From Octopus sinensis (taxonomy: Eukaryota), in assembly GCF_006345805.1 (NCBI RefSeq), contig NC_043023.1:3906001-3970000 (forward strand): DNA of 64,000 nt, written 5' to 3'. The first letter of the stretch is position 1, and every line of letters starts with the position of its first letter. The position numbers and the translations under genes were made by a program. Under the pieces are notes generated by a model. It was not told the origin of the DNA. It saw only the letters and a list, made by a program, of their open reading frames with translations, and did not search any database. Below are positions 36,303-49,124 of the stretch, in pieces.

Positions 36303-36466
36303 CGACGGGCTTCTTTCAGTTTCCGTCTACCAAATCCACTCACAAAGCTTTGGTCGGCCCGAGGCTATAGTAGAAGACACTTGCCCAAGGTGCCACACAA
36401 TGGGACTGAACCTAGAACCATGTGGTTGGTAAGCAAGCGACTTACCACACAGCCACTCCTGCGCCT
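36050..36466 (-). mobile_element. SINE family A
   Basis: Full head, microsatellite and tail. Confidence 0.85.
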
Positions 36467-36526
36467 ATTGAAATCTTGAAAACAACTTCTGGCACACGTG
36501 TTCCATAACAGCATCCTCTTCATATA

Positions 36527-37092
36527 TTGGGTTGTCCGGAAAGTTTGTGCTAATTTATAGCAACTTACCTTTCAGCTTATTTTAGAACATGGTTGAGTCC
36601 ATAAAATAGGATTTCACTACACCTCCATTTAGAGCACAGTTTAAGCTATCTTTTCGTGGAAGAAGGTTTATGTTCCTATAACCTGTGTTAATTCTGTAAC
36701 CCTTTCAAATGGAAGATAAGAATGTTCATTTTCGGCACTTGATGCTTTGGGAACCAGACAAAAATTGCTGCAGCTCGGCTGGGATGTGTTTCTCCACCCT
36801 CCATATTCACCAGATATTGCTCCTTCGGATTTCCACTTATTCAGGTCTCTGCAGAATAGTCTTAATGGTAAAAATTTCAATTCCTTGGATGACGTAAAAA
36901 GATACCTTGATGAATTCTTTGCCATGAAACCACCTCAGTTCTGGGAAGAGGGTATTTTCAAGTTAAAGGAAAGATGGAGACGCATTGTGCAACAAAATGG
37001 TTCATATTTGGTTGATTAAAAATGTAATGGCAAGTATTTATTGACCTTTTTCTTTCCTTTAAAAACTGGTACAAACTTTCCGGACAACCCAA
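36527..37092 (+). mobile_element. Internally deleted mariner (DD34D type), 566 bp
   Basis: TA|TTGGGTTGTCCGGAAAG ... CTTTCCGGACAACCCAA|TA. MEDKNVHFRHLML start fused out of frame to GTRQKLLQLGWDV..HPPYSPDIAPSDFHLF...WRRIVQQNGSY. Confidence 0.92.
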
Positions 37093-37314
37093 TACATATC
37101 ATCCTACAAGTTTTTGTTGTATTCTGGTCTTTTGATATGTTTTCTGGCATTCTGACGTTAACTTGCCCTTCCAGCTATCCCTTTTCAAATCTGCTACAAA
37201 AGGGGGGGGCGTGCAGTGTCCATAACATTTGTTTTGGTTGTCCATTTTCAGAGTGATCCCAAGTACACAAAAAACAACCTGTCTCATCACAAGTCTGTGT
37301 CAAACTATATCGAA

Positions 37315-37620
37315 GTGGAGGCACATGGCCTAGTGGTTAGAGCAGTGGACTTGTGGTCAAGGGATCGTGGGTTCGAATCTCAGACCAGGCGATGTGTGTG
37401 TTTATGAGCGAAAACACCTAAGCCCCACACGGTTCCAGCAGCAGGTAATGGCGAACTTCTGCTGACTCTTTCGCTACAACTTTCTCTCACTCTTTCTTCC
37501 TGCATCTTGCAGCTCACCTGCGGCGGACCGGTGTCCCATCCAGGTGGGGAACCTATACGCCAAGAAACTGGGAAACCAGCCCTTATGAGCCAGGTATGGC
37601 TCAAGAAGGAACAATAACAA
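37315..37620 (+). mobile_element. tRNA-headed SINE (D-like, with a SINE-C-like tail)
   Basis: ggaggcacatggcctagtggttagagcag...gggttcgaatctc head. Inverse of 29820-30120. Confidence 0.75.
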
Positions 37621-37769
37621 AAAAAAAAACTACATCGAAGCATCAGGGGAGAGACTTGAAGCTAGCCACTTATCAGGGTGCTTGAAGTTCATTCAGGGTT
37701 AACAAAAGCCGAACAGGCTTCTAGGCCAACCCCAACAGTATAGCATGGTCTGTGGCACTGATGAGGAGT

Positions 37770-38522
37770 TATAGCTGTGAAGTGATAGGTAGAGGTAATG
37801 GGTGAGGTGGGGTTCTGCAGTGGGGTTGTATAGTATGGTGGGAGTGGAGTGACTGGGAGTGGTGGTCATGGTGATGATGGTGGTGAAGGTTGTGGTGGTG
37901 GTGGTGGAAGTGGTGATGCTTATGGTTGTGATGATGGTATTTGGTAATGGTGGTGATGGTAGTGGTGGTAGTGCTAATGTTGATGGTGATAATGGTGGTG
38001 GTGATGTTGGTGGTGGTGGTGGTTGTGGTTGTGAGGGTGGTGTTGGCGGTGGTGGTAGTGTGTGTGTGTATGTATGTGTGTGTGAGGTGATGGTGTTGGT
38101 ACTGATGGTGGTGTTGGTGGTGGTGGTAGTGTGTGTGTGATGATGGTGATGATGATGGTGCAATGGTGGTGGTGGTGGGGTGGTGTGGTAGAAGTTAAGT
38201 GCAACAGGAAATCACGTGCATGCGGTCGATAGGGGTGGAGAGCGGTCATATAGAATAGAGGCGGGGGTAACATGTTGGGGGTAAGACCATGTGACACAGA
38301 GCAGCAAGAGCCCTATGGCAGGGGGGTTAGAGACGTATGGTGGTGCATGGTGTGTATGTTGCAGTGTAGGGCAAAGCAGTGCAAATGCATGCATTCTGTT
38401 GCATCAAGCTGTTCTCTCTCTCTCTCCCTTGACAAAACGGTGTCAGGCTTTTAAACAGAAAAAATAAAAAAACGATGGCCTTCAATGAAAATCTATATAG
38501 GACATGGCGTTTATTGATTGCT

Positions 38523-38557
<35 letters not shown>

Positions 38558-39270
38558 GCACACACGTATGCACACATGCACATACACACATACATGCACA
38601 TACAGACACAAGGTCATGCATGTGGCTGAGGGGAAGGGAGGTGTGGGAGAATGAGGGGAAGGGGAAATGGAGTTGAGGGGACGTGGAGGGGAGGGATGAG
38701 GAGTGGGGGCGAGTAGGAGAGAGGGGGGAGGGGGGGAGAGGTGAGGGACGCTGAGGGGGTGGAGAGAGGGGTGAGGTACGAAGAGGGGGTGGGGGCGAGA
38801 GGGGAGGGATGGGGAGTGGGGACGAGAGGGGGAGAGGGGAGGTACAAGGAGGGTGGGACGACGAGGGGTCAAGAGGTGATGGACGAGGAGGGGGGACGAG
38901 GAGGGGGGACGAGGAGGGGGGACGAGGAGGGGGACGAGGAGGGGGGCGATGAGACAAGGAGAGTAGGAGGAAAAAAGAGGAGGGGCAGGGAGGGAGAGAG
39001 AGAGGAAGGAGCGGATAAGGACAAGAGGGACAACAACAACAACAACAAGAACCACAATTATGATGACGAGAGGAGGAAGAGTGGAGGATGAAGAGGACAA
39101 AGGGAGGGTGAGGGGGAAGAGGACAAGGGAAGGGTGAGGAGAGGAAAGAGAAAGAAGAGGCAAAGAGGGTAGAGAGGGAGGTGAAGGTGGAGGACAATGA
39201 TGATGACAAAAGGAAGGTGGGGGAAGAGGTATAAAATCAATTATAAAACATCATCATCATCATCATCACC
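37770..39270. repeat. Low-complexity tract: (GGT)n, (GA)n and G/A-rich DNA including five gacgaggaggggg(g) units (38882-38946)
   Basis: Direct reading of the sequence. Confidence 0.85.
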
Positions 39271-39299
39271 ATTTAATGACTGTTTTTATGGCTTGCATG

Positions 39300-39545
39300 G
39301 AGGTGAATGGCTTAGTGGTTAGGGTGTTGAACTCATGATTGTAAGATTGTGGTTTCAATTCCTGGACCGGGCAATACATTGTGTTCTTGAGCAAAACACT
39401 TCATTTTCACGTTGCTCCAGTCCACTCATCTGGCATAAATGAGTAACACCGAGATGGACTGGCATCCCGTCCAGGTGGGGAATTTCTCCGCCACTGAAAC
39501 TGGGAAACTGGTCCTTATGAGCCTGGCATGGCTCGAGAAGAAACA
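39300..39545 (+). mobile_element. SINE family C
   Basis: tggcttagtggttagggtgttg head. Body matches 661-900. Confidence 0.8.
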
Positions 39546-39716
39546 TTTATTTTTTTTTTATGGCTTGCATGAGCCAGATGGCTTGACAGGATATGATAAA
39601 CCAGAGGGCTGTACTGAACTCCAAGGTCGATTTTAGCATGTCTGTTATTCCATACCTGCCATCAGCTCTCCTCACCTGCTTCCAGAAGAGACATTGGCAG
39701 ATGAGAATACCACACA

Positions 39717-40093
39717 CTAGCAGAATCGCCCGGCGTTGCTCGGGTTTGTTTCAACCCTTTAGAATTGGAATTTTTGAAAAGTAAAAATTTTGCATTATGT
39801 AGCTTGTTATTCTCTTTAAGCGAACATTTTTCTGGTTGAAATACACCGAAAAATGGCGACACAGCAGTAAAAAAAACGTAAAAAATAGGGATTTTCATAG
39901 AAAAAAAAGCATCTTTTTGATGTTAACATGGTCCGATTTGAATCTTTTCCTCTACAGAAGGAAGAGCAAGCCTTCTTCTATCATACTCTCAATTTTGGTC
40001 AACTTGCGCCACAGGGTCTCGGAGGAGATAGTGTTAGTTGAAGGCTACCAAACCTGCCATACACAGACAACTTCAGCTTTATATAGAGAGAGA
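39717..40093 (-). mobile_element. Non-autonomous Helitron
   Basis: Minus strand A|TCTCTCTCTATATAAAGCTG ... cccgagcaacgccggg hairpin ... CTAG|T. Same family as 59022-59397. Confidence 0.85.
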
Positions 40094-40394
40094 TTGGCTA
40101 AGATGGTGATCTGGCAGAATGGTTAACAAGCTGAGCACAAATGCTTTGTGGTGTTTAATCAGATTTTACATTCTGAGTTCAAATCTTTCTGAGGTTGATT
40201 TTTCCTTTATGTCCTCTCAGGGTCAATAAAATAAGTACTGGTTCAGCTCTGGGTTCGATGTGATCAACTAGCTCTTTCCCCAAAATTTCATGTTTAGGGC
40301 TTTAAGTAGAAAGGATCATCATTATCATTATCGCTAGCTGACCCCGTGCCATCAAAAGTGATGGCTAATTGTAGTATTTTATTAATATAAAAGA

Positions 40395-40725
40395 AAAAAG
40401 GAGCACTCCATCGGCTATGGCAACAAGGGTCCCAGCTGATATGATCAACGGAACAGCCTGCTCATGAAATTTACGTGCAAGTGGCTGAGTACTCCACAGA
40501 CACATGTACCCCTAATGTAGTTCTCAGGGAGATACAGCATGACACAGAGTGTGACAAGGCTGACCCTTTGAAATACAGGTACAACTCATTTTTGCCAGCT
40601 GAGTGGACTGGAGCAACGTGAAATAAAGTGTCTTGCTCAAGGACACAACATGTCGCTGGGAATCAAACTCACGTCCTTACAATTGTGAGCCGAATGCCCT
40701 AACCACTAGGCCACGTGCCTTCACT
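40395..40725 (-). mobile_element. tRNA-headed SINE (SINE-C-like head, D-like tail)
   Basis: Minus strand ggcacgtggcctagtggttagggcattcggc head. Confidence 0.75.
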
Positions 40726-40932
40726 ATTTTATATATAAATAAGGTACAAAACCAAGTTTTTGTTTAATATTTCTTTTTTCCCATTATTTTTTTTACTTAA
40801 TTTTTGAGAGCAGTCAGGTTCATTTTTATTATTCTCATTTCTGAGAGCAGTTGAGTCTATTTCAGATATTCTCATTTTAAAAATCATCTCTGGCTAATCA
40901 TTGAGAGGATGTTGGTGTTGACTTGGCAGAGG

Positions 40933-41188
40933 TTTAAACGTAAAGTATGAACGAGGGCAACCAGCATCCACACGTTGATGGAATGACGTCATCAGTTTTT
41001 AAGATACAATTTTATAACAGGCAAAAAGAAAAAAAGAAAAAGACAGAAAAATCAGAACCCCCCCCCCCCCCCCCCCGAAAAAAAGTATTTTTCTTTTCGC
41101 TTGTTATAAAATTGTATCTTAAAAACTGATGATGTCATTCCATCAACGTGTGGATGCTGGTTGCCCTCGTTCATACTTTATGTTTAAA
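40933..41188. mobile_element. Fold-back element / MITE, ~88-bp inverted arms around a spacer containing a C20 run
   Basis: tttaaacgtaaagtatgaacgagggcaacc...ttttataaca versus tgttataaaa...ggttgccctcgttcatactttatgtttaaa. Confidence 0.8.
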
Positions 41189-41299
41189 TTTCTAGAATTT
41201 TGAATTTTTATCACTTCTTATTTTGAACTTTACAAAGACAGACGTACTGTTGAAATATCGTTCAACTAATAAAATATCTATTACAATCAAATCGAGCTC

Positions 41300-41712
41300 T
41301 TCTTCTTGACTATTATTATTATTATTGTTATTATTATTATTATTGTTATTATTATTATTATTTTAATTATTATTGTTTTTATTTTAATTATTATTATTAT
41401 TGTTATTATTATTATTATTTTAATTATTATTATTATTATTATTTTAATTATTATTATTATTGTTATTATTATTATTATTTTAATTATTATTATTATTGTT
41501 ATTATTATTATTATTTTTATTATTATCATTTTTATTTTAATTATTATTATTATTATTATATTATCATCATCATCATTATTATTATTATTATTATTATTAT
41601 TTTAATTATTATTATTTTTATTTTAATTATTATTATTATTGTTATCATTATTATTATTTTAATTATTATTATTATTGTTATTATTATTATTATTTAAAAA
41701 AAAATATTATTA

Positions 41713-41793
<81 letters not shown>
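41300..41793. repeat. (TTA)n microsatellite
   Basis: Direct reading of the sequence. Confidence 0.95.
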
Positions 41794-41794
<1 letters not shown>

Positions 41795-42999
41795 GGCTGC
41801 TGCAGAATTGTTGGCATGTCAACCAAAATGCCTAGTGGCATTTCATCCTTCTTTACATTCTGAGTTCAAACCCCATCAAGGTCGACTTTGCCTTTCATCC
41901 TTTTGGGGTCAATAAAATAAGTACCAGTTGAGAATTTAGGGTCGATGTAATCAACTTACCCCGTCTGCCACAAATATTGGTCTTGTGCCAAAATTCGAAG
42001 CCCATATTGCTCCTTGGCTACATGACTTGTCTCAGAAGTCTGGAAATGAATGGCACTGCTTGTATGATGGTCTGTGACATTTGCTTCCAACTACCACATG
42101 ACGTCAAAACAAGCCAAGGAAATGCAAACACACACACACACACATATACATACATACATACATACATGCATATATATCTGAACACATACACACACAAATA
42201 TGTATATATACATATATGTATATAAACTTGTAAAGATATATTATTTATTTTATTTTATCTAGTTTCAGCTCATGAGCTGTGGCCATGCTGGGGCACCGCC
42301 ATTATATATATATATATATATATTATTACTATTATTAGTCAACCTTCGCATATTCCCGTGTCAGGCCGAAGAACGAAATGTTTCCAAGATAAGAGTCTTT
42401 CTAATCTAATGTTGTGGTTGAGCTGTTTTGTTTGTTTATTAGTTATTATTATTATTATTATTACTATTATTAGTATTGTCCCTTTGATCCCCTGGTCGAC
42501 AGTTTGCTTATTATTATTATAATTATTATTATTACTATTTTCTGCTTCGCCTCGTATTGCATATTATTTCTCCATACAGGGGTTTTTTTCAATGGCGGCC
42601 CATTTTCGTGGGGTTCCACTGTTCTTCTCTATCTATCTCTCTCTCTTCCTTTCTCACGTTGTCTGCCATTCCCCCCTTCCATTGCTAAGAGCATTTTTAA
42701 GCCAGCCCGTCAGTTCAACCTTCGTATATTCCCGGTGCACCCGCCCTTGTCACCCCCACCACCAATACCGGATATCTCTATATTTTTGCTCCATCTATAC
42801 CGGTTGTCGCTTCTCCCACCACCATTATAGGTGTCTACTCTTCGCTCCCCCCCTCTTCAATACGCTATTTCACCATGCATTACCCCTCTCTTGATATCCT
42901 ACGTTCTACTTGCCTAGAACCTGTCATCATTTCTCTGAACCACCCCTCCCCACTGGTGCTCCCCTATATATTTCTGCCCCCCTCCCCACATAAAAAAAA

Positions 43000-43240
43000 A
43001 AAGCACCATCCGAACGTGGCCGATGCCAGACCCCTCTGGCACCTGTGCAGGTGGCACGTAAAAAACACCAACTACACTCGCGGAGTGGTTGGCGTTAGGA
43101 AGGGCATCCAGCTGTAGAAACACTGCCAGACTAGACTGGAGCCTGGGGCAGTCCCTAGCTCCCCAGACCCCGGTCGAAACCGTCCAACCCGTGCTAGCGC
43201 GGAAAACGGACGTTAAACGATGATGATGATGATGATGATA
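43000..43240 (+). mobile_element. RTE LINE 3' tail with (GAT)n
   Basis: gtggcacgtaaaaaacaccaactacactc...cggacgttaaacgatgatgatg. Confidence 0.85.
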
Positions 43241-43254
43241 TATATTTATATATA

Positions 43255-43421
43255 TACTCTTTACTCTTTTACTCTTTTACTTGTTTCAGTCATTTGACTG
43301 CGGCCATGCTGGAGCACTGCCTTTAGTTGAGCAAATCGATCCCGGGACTTATTCTTTGTAAGCCCAGTACTTATTCTATCGGTCTCTTTTGCCGAACCGC
43401 TAAGTGAGAATTATATATAAT

Positions 43422-43463
<42 letters not shown>

Positions 43464-43940
43464 CATGTATATATATATATATATTTATATATATATAGTG
43501 AGAATTTACGAAAAAACAAAAGACAAAGACGGGTGTGTAAACAACAAACAGATGTATTAGTTTAATGCTTGGAAAGTGAGAAAGTTTTTTACGTTTCGAG
43601 AGCCTACGCTCTTCATCAGAAAGGAACACAGTGTATGTGTATGTGTGTGTGTGTGTTTGTGCGTGTGTGTGTGTGTTTGTGTGTATGTATACATATATAT
43701 GTATATAGTTATGCAATATACATACATATATATATATATACAACACACACATATTATATATATGCAAATATACATATAGGCATAGGAGTGGCTGTGTGGT
43801 GAGTAGCTTGCTTACCAACCACATGGTTCCGGGTTCAGTCCCACTGCATGGCACCTTGGGGAAGTGTCTTCTACTATAGCCTCGGGCCAACCAAAGTCTT
43901 GTGAGTGGATTTGGTTGACGGAAACTGAAAGAAGCCCGTC

Positions 43941-43999
<59 letters not shown>

Positions 44000-44222
44000 G
44001 TTGTGTGTGTATGTTTGCGTGTCTGTGCTTGTCCCTGCAACATCGCTTGACGACCGATGCTGGTGTGTTTACGTCCCCCGTAACTTAGCAGTTCGGCAAA
44101 AGAGACTGATAGACTAAGTACTAGGCTTGCAAAAAATAAGTCCTGGGGTCAATTTGCTCGACTAAAGGCAGTGCTCCAGCATGGCCACAGTCAAATATCT
44201 GAAACAAGTAAAAGAGTAAAAG
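43255..44222. mobile_element. SINE-A tail (43255-43405, minus), Penelope-like fragment with hammerhead (43498-43630) in (TA)n, and SINE-A full copy (43777-44222, plus)
   Basis: Hammerhead on the minus strand at 43586-43623: TTT-CTGATGA-AGAGC(GTAG)GCTCT-C-GAAA-CG-TA^AAA. Confidence 0.75.
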
Positions 44223-44229
44223 AATATAC

Positions 44230-45890
44230 ATATATAGGATTGCAAGACAGTGTGCCAGGGAAAAATGTGATGTGGTAGGAGAGAAATGTGTTTGCATGGA
44301 TGATAGCTCACTTGCAGTTTGTGATTCTGCAAAGAAGGAGGCTTGAAAGTGCCACGATAACAGCTTGCTAAGTGTAGAGTATGCATGGAAGAAGGTTAGC
44401 CTGTCTAATATGAACCCAACAGAGGGACTGGCTATTTGAATTGACAGTAGTTTGGTAGATAAAGCAATTAAGGATATGAGGACAGAGAAAGCCTCCGGCC
44501 AATCAAGCTTCACCACTGAGATACTTAAAATCTGCAGAAGAGTAGGATACGGCCTTGTACCTGTAGCAGTTAATCAGGTTGTCCACGAGGAAGTCGTGCC
44601 CAATGATTAGTGTAGTGGCAGTATAGTCAACTGTTGCAAAGGCAAAGGTGATACCTTAAACAGAAATAATTGCTGAACGAAGGGGTGAAAGTTGCAGAAC
44701 AGGTTGTAGCTCAATTAATTAGGAAGAGAGTTAGTACAGATGAGATGCAGTTTGGGTTTTTGCCAGGGAGAAGCACCATCAATGCTATATTCCTGGTGAG
44801 GCAACTGCAGGGGAAATATTTGGCCAAAAATAAACCTGTTTCTGGCTTTTGTTGACATGGAGAAAGCCTTTGACAGGGTCAGCCACTCTCTTTTCTGGTG
44901 GGCAACGCTGAAGCTAGTGATAGATAGGCGGGTAGTGAGAGTTGTACAAGGGATGTACAGGGATGCTGTTAGTAAGGTGAGAGTCAGCAATGAATATAGC
45001 AAGGAGTTTAATGTACAAGTAGGAGTCCACCAGGGTTCAGTTCTTTGCCCCCTTCTATTTATCATGGTCCTGCAATATATAGCTGAGGAATTTGAGACTG
45101 GCTGCCCTTAGGAGCTCCTCTATACTGGCGACCTTATTCTTATTGCTGAATCCCTACCTGATGTTGAGAATAAATTTCAGGTATGCAAGTACGGACTGAA
45201 ATCAAATGATGATGATGGTGGTGGTGGTGGTGTGGTGGTGGTGGTGGTGGTGGTGGTGGTGTTGAAGTGGTGGTGGTGGTGAGAGGTGGTAGTGGTGATG
45301 GTGGTGGTGTTGAGGTGGGGAGGTGGTGGTGGTGGTGGTGAGGTGGTGGTGTTGAGGTGGTGAGGTGGTGGTGATGGTTATGGTGGTGGTGATGGTGAGG
45401 TGGTGGTGGTGAGATAGTGGTGATGGTTATGGTGGTGAGATGGTGGTGGTGGTGAGATGGTGGTGGTGGTGGTGTGGTGGTGATGGTGGTGGTGTTGAGG
45501 TGGGGAGGTGGTGGTGGTGGTGAGGTGGTGGTGATGGTTATGGTGGTGGTGATGGTGAGGTGGTGGTGGTGAGATAGTGGTGATGGTTATGGTGGTGAGA
45601 TGGTGGTGGTGGTGAGATGGTGGTGGTGGTGGTGTGGTGGTGATGGTGGTGGTGTTGAGGTGGTGGTGGTGTGGTGGTGATGGTGGTGGTGAATGGTGGT
45701 GGTGGTGGTGGTGAGGTGGTGATGGTGGTGATGGTGGTGAGGTGGTGGTGGTGTGGTGGTGGCGTGTATGCAAAGGCTTGACAGAAATGAAGCTAGTACG
45801 CTTCACTCAATGTGCAATGTCAGTGTGCATGTACAACAGAGTGTAAGCATCTTGGGAGAAAAGTTGGGCATAAGAGGCATCAGATGTTGT
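44230..45890 (+). mobile_element. RTE LINE reverse-transcriptase remnant, split by a (GGT)n expansion (45205-45760)
   Basis: DEMQFGFLPGRSTINAIF, DMEKAFDRV and VGVHQGSVLCPLLF motifs, with frameshifts and stops. The C-terminal part resumes at ~45765. Confidence 0.88.
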
Positions 45891-46174
45891 GTGCCACCAC
45901 CACCATCCCTGCTGCTGCCACTGCCTCTGTTGCTGCCGCTCCTGCCACCGCTGCTGTCACTACTGCTGCCATCGCTGCTGCCCCTGCCACCGATGTCACC
46001 GTTGCTGCCACTGCTGCTACCGCCACCACCCCCACACCTTCCATTCTTTTGGGGTTGATAGAAGAACTGTGCCCACCCACACATTTACACCCACTTTTAG
46101 CCACCCATCCTTCCATGACCCTCCCATCATCCCACACTACATTACACCCAAAATCCATAGCTCTTTACCCACCA

Positions 46175-46772
46175 AATTGATGATGGTGGTGGTGGTGGTG
46201 GTGGAAATAAGGTTGGTGATGATGATGATGATGATGGCATTGGTGGCAATGATGATGATGATGACGATGATGCTGAGTAGGAGAATGATGATGAATGTAA
46301 TGGTGATAGTGCTGTTGGTGGTGGTATGGTTGATGGTGATGACGACGATGATGATGAGACGATGGTGGTGGTGGTGGTGGTGGTAGTGGGGGTTAGTGAT
46401 GATGATGATGATAATGATGATGACGATGACGATGACAGAGGTGATGATGTTGATGGTGATGATGAGACAATGGTGGTGGTGGTGTTGTTGCTGATGGTGG
46501 TGCCGACAATGATGATGATAATGATGATGATGATGATGAAAATGATGATGATAATGATGATGGTGATGATGATGATGAAAATGATGATGATAATGATGAT
46601 GATGATGATGATGATGAAAATGATGATGATAATGATGATGGTGATGATGATGATGAAAATGATGATGATAATGATGATGATGATGATGATGATGAAAATG
46701 ATGATGATGATGACAATGATGATGATAATGATGATGGTGATGATGATGATGATAATGATGATGGTGATGATA

Positions 46773-46807
<35 letters not shown>

Positions 46808-46907
46808 AATGATGATGATGATGACAATGATGATGATAATGATGATGGTGATGATGATGATGATAATGATGATGGTGATGATAATGATGATGATGATGAT
46901 GATGATG
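46175..46907. repeat. (GAT)n/(GGT)n trinucleotide microsatellite
   Basis: Direct reading of the sequence. Confidence 0.95.
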
Positions 46908-47124
46908 ACAGTATTTTTAGTTCAATAATATATTATTAACCTAACCTTATTGATTAGTTCTTCAATACAAAAAAACAAAACAAAACAAAAAACAAAAACA
47001 AAAATTACAAACAAACAATCAAAAACACAAATTGATCAACAGATTTCACATCAGAAATTAGCCCACCCTAAAACTAACGGACATTGTACTACGCATCAAT
47101 TAAACATTTCCTCCTACCATAACA

Positions 47125-47392
47125 TGTGTGTGTGTGTGTGTGTGTGTGCATGTATACATACATACATTACATATATATGTGTGTGTATATATACATACAC
47201 ATACATATGTACATACATACATATATATATATATAATATTTATATATATAATAGAAATATTAAAATTACTAAGTCTCTCTAAAGGAGATTATATATATAT
47301 ATAAATACACACACATACATATATATAAATACACATACATATATATATATATACACATACATATATATAAATACACATACATACATATGTAT

Positions 47393-47447
<55 letters not shown>

Positions 47448-47585
47448 TATATATAGATATATGTATATGCACACACATATACATTTATATACATACAGAT
47501 ACACATACACACACACACACATATATGTTTGTGTGTATGTATACACACACACACACGTGTATATATATGTATATATATATATATG
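47125..47585. repeat. (TA)n/(CA)n compound microsatellite
   Basis: Direct reading of the sequence. Confidence 0.9.
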
Positions 47586-47714
47586 CACTAGTTTTGTTCT
47601 GGAAACATCACTCTGCTCCATAACATTTTATTTATAGATTTTTCACCTGATGGCTCACACTCCATTGTAACCATCTTGTTGTTGTGGTTGAAGAGGTGGT
47701 GGTGGTGGTGGTGG

Positions 47715-48960
47715 TGGTGCTTAGCCCTAGGTCAGTCCTGGTCCAGTAGGTTTATGACCAAAGTTGTTCCAGCTGTGATCATCTCATCTTTTATTCAGAC
47801 ACTGTCCATCTTGGATTATATTATCAAATGTACAGTATAGTATTTGATATAAGTGGCTATAGTTCTTGTTTAACCCCGGGTCAGTCCGGGTCCAGTAGAT
47901 TTATGACCAAAGGTGTCCCGGCTGCAACCACCCTATCTTTTATTCAGACATAGTTTATCTAGGACTACATTATCTAATGTACAATGGTGTAGTTAGTATT
48001 GGTGGTTATAAAAATTTTGTTTAACCCCTGGTTAGTTCAGGTTCAGAAGATCTATGATCAAAGATGTTCCAGCTGTGACATCCCATCCCATCCCATCGTT
48101 TATTCAGGCACAGTATACCTAGGACTCCATTATCTAATGTTCAGTATAGTAGTTAGTATTAGTGGTGTGTCTAGATCCAGATAGGCTTATGATCAAAGAC
48201 ATTCCAGTTGTGACCATCCCATCGTTTATTCAGGCATAGTGTATCTAGGACTACATTATCTAATGTTCAGTATATGAATTAGTATTAGGGGCTACAGCTG
48301 TTGTTGTTTAACCCCAGGTCAGTCCTGATCCAGCACACTTATGATCAAGGCTGTTCCAGCTCTGACCATCCCATCTTTTATTCAGGCATAGTGTATCTAG
48401 GACTACATTATTTAATGTATAATAGTTAGTATCAACTGGTATGGTTGTTGTTTAGCCTCAAGTTGGTCAGTCCTGGGCTAAGATCATATATGTTCCAGCA
48501 GTGACCATCCCATCTTATATTCAGGCACAGTGTATCTAAGACAACATTATCTAATGTACAATACAGTAATTAGTATTAGTGGCTGTAATTGTTGTTGTTG
48601 TTTAACCCCAGGTCAGTCCTGATCCAGCAGACTTATGATCAAAGTTGTTCCAGCTGTGACCACCCCATCTTTTATCCAGGCATAGTGTATCTAGCACTAC
48701 ATTATCTAATGTATAGTATAGTAGTATTAGTGGCTATATTTGTTGTTGTTTAGCCCCAGGTCAGTCCTGATCTAGCAGACCCATGATCATAGATGTTCCA
48801 GCTGTATTGATCCTGTCTTTTATTCAGGCATAGTGTATCTAGGACTACATTATCTAATGTATAATATTGTAGTGGTTATAGTTGTTGTTTTTGGTTATGC
48901 CTAGATCAGTCCTGATCCAATAATCCTATGATCAAAGACGTACCAGCCATGACCATCTCC
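47715..48960 (+). repeat. Degenerate satellite, ~143-150 bp unit, about 9 copies
   Basis: (a)accc(c/t)(a/g)ggtcagtcc recurs at ~47722, 47872, 48022, 48308, 48452, 48602, 48750 and 48897 (one deleted unit near 48160). Confidence 0.85.
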
Positions 48961-49124
48961 AAGGAGCTCAAGACCAATTTATCCAACACCTTAAGATGTG
49001 ATTTAGTGGTGACTTCATTGCTATCTCAAGTAGGTTGAGCAACTAAGAAGGGCTCCCTTGTTTCATAAGAACCCCTACAGTAGGGAGAGAATATTGATAT
49101 CGTCTCCAGCTGGATTAGCCGGAG

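Noticed and set aside
37699-39240. Pro/His/Gly-rich ORFs of 150-230 aa
   Set aside because: Open frames arise from stop-free GGT and GA low-complexity DNA on both strands, with no splice or codon evidence.
41125-41150. CTGATGATG in the fold-back arm
   Set aside because: It is simply part of the TIR and has no GAAA or stem architecture.
45812-46386. Cys-rich metallothionein-like ORF (CCHCLCCCRSCHRCC) and poly-Ala ORF
   Set aside because: It is a degenerate (GCT/GCC/ACT)n tract contiguous with an RTE remnant and microsatellites, and all frames are low-complexity.
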